Shown: positions 63,994 to 64,000 of the stretch, piece after piece
Position numbering within the stretch: position 1 is the stretch's first letter
Layout: every line of letters begins with the position of its first letter
NCBI RefSeq assembly: GCF_964355755.1
Contig: NC_092678.1
Span: 20,725,365 to 20,789,364 of the forward strand
DNA: 64,000 nucleotides
Source: Antedon mediterranea
Taxonomy: Eukaryota; Animalia; Echinodermata
Direction: 5' to 3'
Notes under the pieces: generated by a model
Told to the model about the DNA's origin: nothing
Database searches by the model: none
The model's input: only the letters and a program-made list of their open reading frames with translations
Made by a program: the position numbers and the translations under genes

Positions 63994-64000
63994 CTAGAAC

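Overview
AT-rich (roughly 30% GC by eye) eukaryotic, intron-rich animal genomic DNA. It is probably an invertebrate deuterostome such as an echinoderm; this is inferred from Deu-domain SINEs, a CR1 LINE and gene content, not proven. Genes reconstructed by hand from splice sites: the first exon of a secreted coiled-coil protein (-); an intronless 624-aa Ig-superfamily receptor with an ITIM-like motif (+); a 5-exon Myb/SANT-like gene (-); a 28-exon, ~1807-aa secreted protein (EGF, one cadherin domain, furin site, about 7 copies of an unnamed ~150-aa repeat, F5/8C discoidin, Asp-boxes) (+); RYBP/YAF2 (+); a multi-C2H2 zinc-finger gene (-); RTCB (+, 13 exons including a minor-spliceosome AT-AC intron); and the last exon of a TSGA13-like gene (-). 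Repeats include a decayed CR1 LINE, DeuSINEs, Harbinger- and Kolobok-type MITEs, Helentron-like elements, several minisatellites and a tRNA-like gene inside a foldback/duplication bounded by (TA)n. Most interesting: the giant repeat protein, the AT-AC intron in RTCB, a strong excess of the palindrome TAGGCCTA with two cases where it appears to arise by micro-insertion, and the Pro-bodied/Thr-anticodon tRNA-like element. All calls are by eye, without database searches.
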